Source of the DNA: Lysobacterales bacterium
GTDB lineage: Bacteria; Pseudomonadota; Gammaproteobacteria; Xanthomonadales; SZUA-5
Reading direction: 5' to 3'
NCBI GenBank assembly: GCA_022844165.1
Contig: JALHMH010000021.1
Span: 16,646-80,645, forward strand
DNA length: 64,000 nt
This document shows, piece after piece, positions 1-10,300 of this stretch. Both the position numbers and the translations under genes were made by a program. The notes beneath the pieces were generated by a model. It was not told where the DNA came from and searched no databases. It worked only from the letters and a program-made list of their open reading frames with translations. Every line of letters starts with the position of its first letter. Position 1 is the stretch's first letter.

Positions 1-284
1 CCGCGCTTTAGGGCTTCGATCGCTGTCGGCTTGTCCGAGATTGCCGAAACGATGAGGATGAGCGCTCCCGGATCGGTGCGCACCATCTCCGCAGTGGCGG
101 CGATACCGTCCATCTCCGGCATGGTGATATCCAGGGTGACCACGCGCGGTCGCTCACGTTTGAAGACCTCAATGGCCTCGCGACCGTTGGCCGCAGTCAG
201 GATTTGCTGGAACTTCCGGTGGCCCACCGCCCGCTGGATACGGTTTCGAATCACCTGGCTATCGTCGACAATCAGAATTTTCAT
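1..284 (-). CDS. CheY-like single-domain response regulator (partial, 3' end outside window)
   Basis: Not in the ORF track. Manual translation from ATG at 284: MKILIVDDSQVIRNRI...VVTLDITMPEMDG...ILIVSA, with receiver motifs DD, D-x-x-MP-x-x-DG and a conserved Ser. Starts 6 bp after the kinase stop. Confidence 0.9.
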   Translation of the reverse strand, partial: MKILIVDDSQVIRNRIQRAVGHRKFQQILTAANGREAIEVFKRERPRVVTLDITMPEMDGIAATAEMVRTDPGALILIVSAISDKPTAIEALKR

Positions 285-290
285 AAAGAG

Positions 291-2381
291 TCAGGCCGTC
301 GCAGGAAGGCGCACTTTGAATTGGGTGTATTGCCCCGCCCCTGTCGACACACCGACTTGACCGCCCAGACGTTTGATTCGATCTCTCACCAAGTCCAGGC
401 CCACGCCCCGGCCAGCCGTATCGCCGGGCAGATCGGCCGTTGAGAACCCGGGCTCGAAGATCAAACCGGCAAGCTGCCGCGGCTGCAATTGCACAGCTTG
501 CTCAGCAGTGACACGCCCCAGCTTCACCGCTCGTTGGCGAATGCGCTCAAAGTCGATACCGCGGCCGTCGTCCCGGAAACTAAATTCATAGGTGCCATCG
601 CTGCCGCGCGAGAACTGCGCATGCAACTGACCGCTTTCAGTCTTTCCTGCCTTGTTACGTTCGTCAGGAGACTCGATACCATGGGCCACGGCGTTGCGCA
701 CCAGTTGCAGCAAAATATCAAGCAGCGGCTGGCGCAAGTGGTCCGGGACCATGGCATCGTCCAGTCCGTGCATGTCGATACGGGCTCGCTTACCAAGTGC
801 CTGCGCCGCGCGCTGCGTGAGGTCGGCCGCCATTTCCCAGGGGCTCTGACGTTGCGGAGCCTCAGGTAGCGGCGCGTTTCGATCCACCGGTTTAGGGGCC
901 TGCGATTTCGACAACTCGCTCAAACGTCGAGTGACCTTGCGAACGGCGTCGAACTGGGCGAACAGGTCCTCCAGCCGAACGGTCACTGCCAGGAAGTCGT
1001 TCCCCGTCAATTCAGCTTCCCGAGTGCGTAAGTCCGCCAATTCGCGTTCTACGGCCTGCGCGCGCTGCACAATGACACCCAGATCGAGCGCCGACGCTTC
1101 ACCCTTGAGTGCGTGGATGGGCCGAAAGACCTGATTGATCAATTGATGGAACTCGTTTTGCGAACCCGCCTGATGTTTGAGCACCTCGTTGGCTTCGCGA
1201 AGCAATCGTTCCCAGCGTTCCAGGCGGACTTCGAGAAGCCCTTGTTCGACGTGGGTCAGATTCAAGAACAGATCCAATAGCCGCTCCGCCTGTTGATCGC
1301 TTTGCGCCTCGATTTGTTCCAACTTGCGCGAGAGCAGTACACGGTCGGTCACGTCGGTAACGGTGACAAGCAAATGCGCCAACTTGCCTCTCTCCAAAAC
1401 ACGCCTGAACGCAAATCCCAGCCAGCGTCGTTCGTTGCGGCCGGATTCGCCAGCCACCTGGACCTCAACTTCATCCAGTGGATTCAGCGATGCCACGAGG
1501 TGTTCGTTGACGCGATCGCCCAGTAAGAGGCCAACATAATCCCGAGCGGTGACCAAGGTCTCGTTTGCGACCATGCCCGACATCAACGAGAAGAACTCAG
1601 CCCCTGCCAGATCGCTGCGTTGCAGGGTTTTTGCCAGGTGTGCGGAATGTTGTGCGCCGAGTTTGAGATCTCGATCCAGCAGGAACAAACCAGCGGGTAC
1701 GGTCTGGAGAATTTCGTCGGTTTCCTTCTGCGCCGCGCGGACCTTCTTCAGCTGTCGCGAATACAAAAACACCAGAAAGAAGAAAAAGAACACGGCAACC
1801 GCAGCACCGACGGTCTGCAGAACTCGAATTCGCCCGGCAGTCGCAAAATTGTCGTTACTCACTTCGCCAACAAAGCGTGACGCCAAACCGGATAGAGCGG
1901 GTTCGGCGGCTCGCGCGTACTCGAGCGCCTTTTGCAGCTGCAAGTCATCCGGCGCGCGATGCGTATCAACGAGCGGGCTGATCCGACCAGCAAACTTCTG
2001 CCATTGCCCATCCAATTGCTCGAACGTCGCCTTGGCCGCCACCGGCACGGCATCGCGTGCCAGGGCGATCGTGACAACAGGGCTGAACTTGACATCGCCG
2101 CCCTCACGCAGTGCATCCATCATCTGGTTCATTGCATCGAAGTCGCGTTTTAACTCGGCGCGCGCCGAGTCGCGCGCCGCTCCAGATGCCGCACTGACCT
2201 CCAGAAGCCAGCGCATCACGCGCTGAATTTCCAATCGCTGCCGACCGGCCACCTGGACAGTCAACCCGTTACGCTCAACTTGCGCACCGGTCCGATATCC
2301 TGCGTATCCAAGTCCACCACTGATCAGCAAAAAAGCCAGGATCAGCTGAATTTCCGGGCCAAACCAACGTGGCAGCTTCAC
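291..2381 (-). CDS. Membrane-anchored CheA-like histidine kinase (PilJ/NarX-like sensor, Hpt, HATPase; no CheW domain)
   Basis: Two TM helices flank VAGRQR...QWQKF. Hpt motif FRPIHALKGEA; CheA-type N box LVRNAVAHGIE, G1 DDGRGID, F box IFEPGFSTA, G2 GRGVGL. Start moved to GTG 2381 (AGGGGG RBS upstream) because the longer ORF start lies inside a repeat. Confidence 0.85.
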   Translation of the reverse strand: MKLPRWFGPEIQLILAFLLISGGLGYAGYRTGAQVERNGLTVQVAGRQRLEIQRVMRWLLEVSAASGAARDSARAELKRDFDAMNQMMDALREGGDVKFSPVVTIALARDAVPVAAKATFEQLDGQWQKFAGRISPLVDTHRAPDDLQLQKALEYARAAEPALSGLASRFVGEVSNDNFATAGRIRVLQTVGAAVAVFFFFFLVFLYSRQLKKVRAAQKETDEILQTVPAGLFLLDRDLKLGAQHSAHLAKTLQRSDLAGAEFFSLMSGMVANETLVTARDYVGLLLGDRVNEHLVASLNPLDEVEVQVAGESGRNERRWLGFAFRRVLERGKLAHLLVTVTDVTDRVLLSRKLEQIEAQSDQQAERLLDLFLNLTHVEQGLLEVRLERWERLLREANEVLKHQAGSQNEFHQLINQVFRPIHALKGEASALDLGVIVQRAQAVERELADLRTREAELTGNDFLAVTVRLEDLFAQFDAVRKVTRRLSELSKSQAPKPVDRNAPLPEAPQRQSPWEMAADLTQRAAQALGKRARIDMHGLDDAMVPDHLRQPLLDILLQLVRNAVAHGIESPDERNKAGKTESGQLHAQFSRGSDGTYEFSFRDDGRGIDFERIRQRAVKLGRVTAEQAVQLQPRQLAGLIFEPGFSTADLPGDTAGRGVGLDLVRDRIKRLGGQVGVSTGAGQYTQFKVRLPATA

Positions 2382-2474
2382 AAATCCCCCTAAGGTTGCG
2401 CTGAAGAGCGCAACAGTTTGCCCATCAAAATATCGCACTGCGTCACACAATGAACGCAAGGTGGCTGCTGGTTG

Positions 2475-2490
2475 TGTGATCGCCGTCACG
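2475..2490. promoter_or_regulatory. Candidate CRP/Clp-type binding site
   Basis: TGTGA-tcgccg-TCACG matches TGTGA-N6-TCACA at 9/10 positions. A second TCACA half-site is at 2443-2447; both lie upstream of the CheA-like gene. Confidence 0.4.
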
Positions 2491-2510
2491 GCGCGAAATG
2501 CCGTCTCTAA

Positions 2511-2651
2511 CACGTTGTTGAGAAACGCACTTCCGGTGCGCTTCTCAAGTCGCGAGTCCGGACTCGCTCTCGATGGATCAAGCACTTGCGTGCTCGATCC
2601 ATGAGCGAACCATCCATGGTTCGTGCTGGCAGCCTGCTTCTCAACAGCCTG
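2511..2651. mobile_element. MITE-like non-autonomous repeat, copy 1
   Basis: Imperfect terminal inverted repeats CACGTTGTTGAGAA / TTCTCAACAGCCTG, flanked by CTAA on both sides (2507-2510, 2652-2655). Four internal hairpins; homologous to 35835-35983. Confidence 0.65.
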
Positions 2652-2861
2652 CTAACCCGCATATTTTATGAGGTCGCGAGGAAATGGCCTGATTTCGTTG
2701 CAACGGCGAGGAATACTCGAAGTCGATCAAAATAACAGACTGTTCACTGCCATTTCCTCACTAACGCGGCCCTCGCTGGTTCTTTGCGATCTTCCGCGTT
2801 CTCTCATGAAATATTCGGGCTGATGACAGCAACAATTTCTGTTGCGATGCGCCCAATTAAC

Positions 2862-2899
2862 AAAAAAACCTACGCTTGGCGCAAGCCGCCGGGCGTTGG
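2862..2899 (-). terminator. Possible intrinsic terminator downstream of the 2917-3771 gene
   Basis: Imperfect GC-rich inverted repeat followed by T7 on the minus strand; the stem has mismatches. Confidence 0.3.
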
Positions 2900-2916
2900 T
2901 CGTTCTTGCCGAAGCT

Positions 2917-3771
2917 CTACTTCGCCTTTGTGGCGAAAGCATGCTCGAGCAAAGGCGTGGAGAAGCCCTCGGCAATCACGTGCCCGGTTGCATACCGATA
3001 GAGCGCGGCGGAATAAATGCCCTGCAGGGCCGCCTGGATCAACCCCATGAATATCGTCAGAATCACGCCGGTTGCAACGAGTGTGAACCCCAGGGCCGCA
3101 CTACCGCTGGAGAAACCGACGACAGCGAGTCCTCCGAAGACGACCCAAAGAACCACATAGCCCAGGCCAAACACAATACCCACGCCGCCTTGACCAATGA
3201 CGTTTTCGCCCCAGGTCTTCTTCAGAAGCTCCGCGCTTTCCTTCACTGCCTGCATCGGACCAACGTTCTTATGAACCAACACCGGCACGACCATAAAGGA
3301 GGCCATGGTCCATGCGACGCCGATGAGTCCGACCACAATCTTGCCCAGCCAGCCAGCGCGTTCTTCGATTGCCCGCAAAATGAGACCTACCGTCGCAGCG
3401 ATGACCGCGTAACCTAAAATTTGGCCGACGCGCGCCCATGCAATGCGGAAGCCATCGGCAACCGTTGGATCTCCACCTTCCAGGCGGATCGAAGCTGCTC
3501 CGATCAGCGCCGTATTAAAGAAAAATATGACGAAGTACTGGACGAGGTAAAAAGCAAACAGCCAAACCCAAAAACCGATCGGCACGTCGCCGCCCTGTAC
3601 AGAATCTCCCTGGCCCATGAACATCATTACGCCCGGGAGAATGAAGCTGATTGCAACAAGAACTGCTGCGACAGACGACACCGCCGGGAAAACCAGCAGC
3701 TCTCGATCTTTCTGAAGAACTGACGCGCTGGCCTTGATGAGGTCCCAACTACGTGCAAACTTATCGAACAT
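2917..3771 (-). CDS. Conserved multi-pass membrane protein (DUF6159-like)
   Basis: MFDKFARSWDLIKASASVLQKDRELLVFP..., about 6 hydrophobic helices, KKTWGENVIG motif. Start placed at ATG 3771. Confidence 0.7.
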   Translation of the reverse strand: MFDKFARSWDLIKASASVLQKDRELLVFPAVSSVAAVLVAISFILPGVMMFMGQGDSVQGGDVPIGFWVWLFAFYLVQYFVIFFFNTALIGAASIRLEGGDPTVADGFRIAWARVGQILGYAVIAATVGLILRAIEERAGWLGKIVVGLIGVAWTMASFMVVPVLVHKNVGPMQAVKESAELLKKTWGENVIGQGGVGIVFGLGYVVLWVVFGGLAVVGFSSGSAALGFTLVATGVILTIFMGLIQAALQGIYSAALYRYATGHVIAEGFSTPLLEHAFATKAK

Positions 3772-3901
3772 CGTCTCGCCCCGTTTGATTGGTCCAGGCG
3801 TGAAGCCTAGCGTTTTTCTGAACGTCGCGTCAGGGGTTCGGATCCGCAAGCGCCCTTCGTCAGCCGCGTATGCTTCGCTCTAAATCTCCCAAGCGACTGC
3901 C

Positions 3902-6442
3902 GTGACCGATACCACCGACCATACGCCCCTGATGCGCCAGTACTTCGCGCTGAAAGCCGAGCAGCCTGATTTGCTGCTTCTGTTTCGTATGGGCGATTTT
4001 TACGAGCTGTTCTACGACGATGCCAAACGCGCAGCAAACTTGCTCGACATCACGTTGACCCAACGAGGTCAGTCGGCGGGCGCCCCGATACCGATGGCCG
4101 GCGTACCGGTGCATGCTCTCGATGGGTATCTGGCGAAACTTATCAAGCTTGGCGAAGCGGCGGCAATTGCCGAACAGATTGGGGATCCGCGCGAGGCAAA
4201 GGGCCTTGTCGAGCGCCGAATCACGCGCATCGTCACTCCAGGCACAGTGGTCGATGACGGTCTGGTAGACGTCCGCCGTGACAACCTGCTGCTCGCGATT
4301 GCTCACGGCCAGGAATGCGGTCTTGCGTGGCTCGATCTGGGCGCAGGCATTGTGCGACTGATGCAAGTCGCCATTGGCGATCTTGACGCTGAACTGGCGC
4401 GCTTGAATCCAGCGGAAACACTGATTGCAGAGGGCGTCGCGACGCCACACGACGCCGGAATGGTGCGGCAAATGTTGCCGTGGCATTTCGACAATGACGC
4501 CGGGCGTCGTGCGCTACTGGCACAATTTGGGGTGCAGGATTTGTGTGGCTTTGGGGCCGAAAAAAGTGGCAACGCCTTAGGAGCTGCCGGTGCGCTGCTG
4601 CAGTACCTGCGCGACACGCAGAAGACCACCCTTTTGCGTCTTGCGGGACTCGCCGTAGAACAGAGTTCGGACACGCTTCACCTGGACTCGGCGACACGTC
4701 GTCATCTTGATCTCGATGACGATGCTTCCGACCGCCGCAACAACGCACTCATCGGCGTTCTTGACGAATGCCTGACCGGCATGGGCGCGCGGCTGCTCAG
4801 GCGGTGGTTGGCGAGGCCGTTGCGTGACCGAGCAACGCTGGGCGGGCGGCTTGACGGCATTGATGCACTGCGCACCTCAGTCTTGATCGATCGAGTGCGC
4901 GAGTTATTGACTCCGATCGGCGACGTTGAACGAATGTTGGGGCGGGTTGCCCTGGGTTCGGCCCGACCTCGTGATCTGACCGGCCTGCGACGGGCACTGG
5001 GGTTGTTGCCCGCCATTGGCGATTGCATAGAGCGCGACGGCATGCCACCACTTCTGGCAATGGCACGATCGTTCGTCGATCTCGATTCGTTGCACGCGCA
5101 TCTCTCGCGTGCTTTGGTTGAACAGCCGCCACTGCTGATGCGCGATGGTGGCGTCATCGCCGATGGTTTCGACGCTGAACTCGACGAGCTCCGGCGACTA
5201 TCTGCAGGCGCCGACCAGTTCCTGATCGAACTCGAAGCACGCGAACGCGAGGCTACTGGTATCGCAAATCTTCGTGTCGCCTACAACCGTGTGCACGGCT
5301 ATTACCTGGAGGTGACCCGCTCGCAGTTGGATCGTGTGCCCTCGGGCTGGTCGCGGCGCCAGACTTTAAAGGGCGCCGAGCGCTTCATCACCGACGAACT
5401 CAAAAAATACGAAGATCAGGTACTTGGGAGCAAAGAGCGCGCCCTGATGCGCGAACGCGCAATCTACGAGTCGCTGATCGAACACGTGCAACAGCTTTTG
5501 CCATCGTTGCGCGCAGCCTCGGATTCGCTTGCGCATCTCGATGCGATTGCCTCGCTGGCACGCATCGCAGAGCGTCAACGCTGGACGCGACCGAATTTTG
5601 GCAATGAACCCGGCATTCGTATCGAGCGCGGCCGCCATCCGGTGGTCGAAATTGTGCGCAAAGATGCGTTTGAGCCGAACGATCTTTGCCTGGATTCGGC
5701 AACCCGGATGCTGATCATCACCGGGCCGAACATGGGCGGGAAAAGCACATTCATGCGCCAGAACGCACTGATCGTGTTGTTGGCGCATATCGGTTCGCAC
5801 GTGCCGGCGACGCTCGCGTACATTGGACCGATCGATCGTATTTTTACCCGCATCGGCGCTGGCGACGACCTAGCGCGAGGGCAGTCGACCTTTATGGTCG
5901 AAATGAGCGAGACCGCACGCATTTTGCACAACGCCACCGCGCAGAGTCTGGTGTTGATGGATGAGATCGGCCGCGGAACGAGCACTTACGATGGACTAGC
6001 AATCGCGCGCGCCTGCGCAGTCGAACTTGCGCAGCGCAACCGCGCTTTCACGCTGTTTGCCACGCATTACTTCGAACTAACCGAGCTCGCCGACGAAGTG
6101 CCGGCCGTTGCAAACGTGCATCTGGACGCTATCGAACATGGTCACTCGTTGGTCTTCTTGCACGCGGTCAAGCCGGGTCCGGCGAATCGCAGTTTTGGCT
6201 TGCAGGTTGCCGCGTTGGCGGGGCTTCCGCAGACTGTGCTCAAGCGGGCTCGCGATACGCTGCGTGCGCTTGAGGCCGGACATCGCGTTTCGCCCCAGGC
6301 AGCGACAGTTCCTGCCCAATTCGACCTCTTCGCAGCACCGCCATCTGCGGTTGTGGTGGCATTGCAGGACATCGACCCAGACACGCTATCGGCAAAGCAG
6401 GCGCTCGACTTGGTTTATCGCTTGAAGAGTATGAGCGCCTAA
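3902..6442 (+). CDS. mutS: DNA mismatch repair protein MutS
   Basis: [18 protein letters not shown] mismatch-binding motif, Walker [40 protein letters not shown]. Confidence 0.98.
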   Translation: MTDTTDHTPLMRQYFALKAEQPDLLLLFRMGDFYELFYDDAKRAANLLDITLTQRGQSAGAPIPMAGVPVHALDGYLAKLIKLGEAAAIAEQIGDPREAKGLVERRITRIVTPGTVVDDGLVDVRRDNLLLAIAHGQECGLAWLDLGAGIVRLMQVAIGDLDAELARLNPAETLIAEGVATPHDAGMVRQMLPWHFDNDAGRRALLAQFGVQDLCGFGAEKSGNALGAAGALLQYLRDTQKTTLLRLAGLAVEQSSDTLHLDSATRRHLDLDDDASDRRNNALIGVLDECLTGMGARLLRRWLARPLRDRATLGGRLDGIDALRTSVLIDRVRELLTPIGDVERMLGRVALGSARPRDLTGLRRALGLLPAIGDCIERDGMPPLLAMARSFVDLDSLHAHLSRALVEQPPLLMRDGGVIADGFDAELDELRRLSAGADQFLIELEAREREATGIANLRVAYNRVHGYYLEVTRSQLDRVPSGWSRRQTLKGAERFITDELKKYEDQVLGSKERALMRERAIYESLIEHVQQLLPSLRAASDSLAHLDAIASLARIAERQRWTRPNFGNEPGIRIERGRHPVVEIVRKDAFEPNDLCLDSATRMLIITGPNMGGKSTFMRQNALIVLLAHIGSHVPATLAYIGPIDRIFTRIGAGDDLARGQSTFMVEMSETARILHNATAQSLVLMDEIGRGTSTYDGLAIARACAVELAQRNRAFTLFATHYFELTELADEVPAVANVHLDAIEHGHSLVFLHAVKPGPANRSFGLQVAALAGLPQTVLKRARDTLRALEAGHRVSPQAATVPAQFDLFAAPPSAVVVALQDIDPDTLSAKQALDLVYRLKSMSA

Positions 6443-6447
6443 GTTGC

Positions 6448-7362
6448 TCAGGCCGGCGGCGGTTTTGCCGCATCCACGACCCGGTTCCTGCCACGCCCTT
6501 TGGCATCGTACAGCGCCTGATCAGCGATTCTCAGCAATTCGGCCGTGCTGCGCATCTCCTGTGTCTGAGCCGCGACACCGATGCTGACGGTTAGATTGAG
6601 CGCCTTCCCGTCGTCGATCGGTAAGGCGGTCGCCTGCAGATCAGCTCGGATCCGTTCGGCAAGCGCCATAAACTTGTCGTGATCGGATGCCTGGGAAAAC
6701 ACCAGAAACTCTTCACCACCGAGCCGACCACCCACCATTTCAGTGCTCAGGCACTCTTTGACGACTGCGGAGAAGCCGGCCAGCACACGATCTCCGGCCA
6801 AATGCCCATGGATATCGTTGACTTTCTTGAAGTGGTCAAGATCGAGCAGCATGACGCGCAGCCGTCCTGGCTCGCGTCGACCGCGGTCAAATGCATGTTC
6901 CAACATCTCACGCGACTGGCGCCGATTGTAAAAACCGGTGAGGCCATCAAACACCGCGTGATTCAGCAATTCCCGGTGATAGGTGGCCTCGGCACTGCCT
7001 TCACCGAAAAATTTGAGCTCGCAGTGACCAACGCGCAAACGATCGCCATCGCGCAACCCAAACTTGGTGATTTGCTCACCGTTGACGAAAGTGTGATTTG
7101 TCGAACCCAGATCCTCGACCGTGTACCCATCGCCATCTCTGGCAATTCGGCAATGCCGCCGCGAAACGGATGAGTCGCTCAATGCAAGGCCACAGTCCTC
7201 AGCCCGTCCGATCACCAGAGGATTGTCGTCGACTCGCGCCTCCAGGCCAAGTTGCGCACCGGCCACGACAACCACACACGCCGGCTCGCGCCGCACACGC
7301 TCTTCTGCTGGCGTGATCAGGCGCGTTGTGGTGCTATTGGGAGGTGTGTTTTGTTCGGTCAT
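6448..7362 (-). CDS. FHA-domain diguanylate cyclase
   Basis: FHA motifs IGR...VSRRH...DLGSTNHTFVNG; GGDEF motifs DGLTGFYNRR, DLDHFKKVND, RLGGEEF, ADQALYDAKGRGRN. Confidence 0.9.
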   Translation of the reverse strand: MTEQNTPPNSTTTRLITPAEERVRREPACVVVVAGAQLGLEARVDDNPLVIGRAEDCGLALSDSSVSRRHCRIARDGDGYTVEDLGSTNHTFVNGEQITKFGLRDGDRLRVGHCELKFFGEGSAEATYHRELLNHAVFDGLTGFYNRRQSREMLEHAFDRGRREPGRLRVMLLDLDHFKKVNDIHGHLAGDRVLAGFSAVVKECLSTEMVGGRLGGEEFLVFSQASDHDKFMALAERIRADLQATALPIDDGKALNLTVSIGVAAQTQEMRSTAELLRIADQALYDAKGRGRNRVVDAAKPPPA

Positions 7363-10300
7363 TCGTTTTCCGACTCGAAACCTTCGCCGAATACGCCGAT
7401 TGTATCGACGTCTGTGCTTTCGTTGTTGACCAGACTGGGATCCGGTACGTTTGGCGGCGGTTGCACTGCAGCTGTATTGGCCACGATCTGCTCAGGTGTC
7501 AGTTGCACCGCAGCAGTCAACGTAAACGTCGCCTGCGAACCGCTCGCCAGACTCACCAACACGTCAATCGAACCCGTGCCACTGGCGGGACACGAACCGT
7601 TGCCGTTGACGCCACATGTCCATGTGGCTGCGCTCAACTGCGCTGGCAGGATATCCGTTATGCGCGCGTTGGTCACGGGTTGTGGACCATTGTTTGTCAC
7701 CAGAATGACGTAGGTGACCTGGCTTCCGCCGGGCAGCAGACGCAAACCGTTGCGTTTGACAATCGCCAGATCGGCATTGGATGCACTGACCGTGTGGGGT
7801 TCCAGATCGGTCGACGGCAAGAAGTTCGCGTCTCCCAGGTAACGTGCCTGCAGATCAAAGACTCCGGCATTCTTCGGTACAAAGCTGCAACTCAATGCCG
7901 GTAAGAACGCGCTACAACTGCCGACGCCATCCGTGATGAAGATCTCGCCCGTGGGCGTGCCGGCGCCGGGGGTAACAACAGCCAGTGCCGTGGTCACAGT
8001 GATTGGCTCATTCAGCGCCGAAGGATCTGGCGTGTCTGCAACGATCGTGATTTGAGTGGCAGCGGGGTTCACAGCGTGCGCTTGCGTCGCTGATTGACTG
8101 CTGGCCAACAAAGGCGTGCCTAGGAAACGGGCTTGCACCGCGGTTGTGATCGCCAGACTGGACGACAACTGGCAACTATTGGCACTGGCAAGATTGATGG
8201 TACATGTCTGGTTGTCGGTCAGCTGGCGCACTTCCACCAAGCCCGTGGCCACCGGCATCGCGCCGTCGGTGACAGCGACTGTCACCGTGTAAGGCTGTCC
8301 GACAATGCTGGGCTCAGGCGCAACATTGGCAATCGTTGTCGTTGTCGGCAATGGCCCGGCGATCGTGTGGGTGGCCGTGCCACTGGAGTTGACAAACGCA
8401 GTACTGCTGCCATTAAACGCCGCAGTCAGCGTGATCAGCCCGGGCGCGCCAACGCTTGTCAAGGTACAGGTGCCAGCTGATCCGGCGCCTGACAGCGGCG
8501 CCAGCGGCGCGACGCAACTACCACCACGACCATCGTTGATGGTCAAAGCACCAGCCGTGGTAAATGGCGAAGGAGCGTCTGGCACAACTTCTACAGTCAC
8601 GTTGTATGGATCGCCAGCAAAAGTGGGGTCCGGCGTATCGGCAACGATGACTGTGGTCGTTGCGTAGTGCGACAGCTCAGAGGAGCGACCCTGTGCATCT
8701 GTGGCGATCGCAACCAACACGCTGTCGTCGGTTAACGTCACGCCACTCGGGATATTGAAGTTGAAACTTCCGCCGATCGGACCCCTGTCGACGGTCGGCG
8801 GCACCAGCGTTCCACTGCCCAGGTACGCGCCCAGCTCATCACCTTCGGCAACAAAAACATCGATCCGGATCGGGTAATTATTAGGGGCCGATAGCGCTGG
8901 CGTGTCCAGCGTTAACGTGACATCGACCTGATCGGGATCGGGCGAGGTGTTGATACTGAAGGCAGAAAACACGGGAAAGTTCTGCAGATCATTCGGCCCG
9001 ATGTCGGCATCGCCAGCGTCGTTGGCCGTTCGCCCATCGCCCGCCAGATCAAGGGCCAATCCGCCGTTGCTGTTGATCAGGTTGGGGCCAAAAACGGCGA
9101 CCCTGCCGACATTGCCAGCCGCATTCGTGAACAGCACGCCATTGCCGCCGTTGAAACGAATCTGATTGCCAATCGGGTCGCCAACCGCCAGGCCGATATC
9201 AACTTGCGAATCGACCAGGCCGGAAATGTGGACACCGTTGCCGCCGTTGGGCAACGCAGACAGTCCGGAGGCGCTGGTACCGATGCGATTGGCGAAGATA
9301 GCGGCGCCCAGGTCGAAGCACGCACTGCCAACAACAACGCACTGCAGCCGCACGGCATCTTCGTCATGACCACTGATCACGTTGTTGCGCAAGTACAGCC
9401 CCGTACTGGCGGGCCCTGAAACCTCAGCGTACAAACCACGCCGACCATTTGCCGCGAAGCTCACAGTCCCGGTCCGATCGGTCCCGATATAGTTGAGCTC
9501 CGCTTGTAGAGCATTGCCGCTGGTCAACTCCAGCGCCTGCTCAGAGAAGCCTGCAAGTACGTTGCGTGACATCGGCGCACGCACCGGATCGCCAACAACA
9601 ACGTCGCCGACCGAGCGCACGCCGACCGCTTGCGCACTACCGACGGTCGTGCCGTCGGCGCGTAGCCCGATCAGATTGCCGAATACGAACAGGACGTTTT
9701 CAGGTGCGCCACTACCGACAATTTGGGCCCCGGAAAAGCTGTGGACGGCAATTCCCTCCACGCGACTCGGCCCACCGCCCAGCGCGAATACCAATCCATC
9801 AGTGCCAGCACCGGTCAGCGAACCGTCGATCTCAATCTGGATAACCATATTGAGCGGCCCGAAGCCAAGTTCCGAATTAGGCACTGAACCGGGCTGGGAA
9901 TTTCCGTCGAACCGGATGTTGTTCGGTAACATTGGCAACGCGCTGCCAGGCGTAATGACGTGCGGCCCAGCTCCAGGGATATTGAATTCGATGTCTGCCC
10001 CCGGACCAAACAACACCGCACCCGCCATGGCTCCTCGAAGCGTGCAATCGTTCAATGCCGCCGTACACGCCTGGGCCGCAGGAGATGAATCATCGTCGCT
10101 GCGATCTACCACGAATGTGCTCTGAGCAGCCGCCAGGCGCACAGCGTTCGGGATGTTGGTCAACACGAATCCCGGAAAATCGTTGCTGCCCAGGGCAACC
10201 GCACCGCTGCGGCTGCCGCTGTAGGTAATGAAGTCGAAGACATCGGTCGGCGTTGGCGTAAAGCTCAGCGCGAGTGCGTCCAGCGTACCTGCGAGTGTTA

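Noticed and set aside
2382-2585. N-terminal extension of the CheA-like ORF
   Set aside because: It runs into the MITE-like repeat; GTG 2381 has a good RBS and directly precedes TM1.
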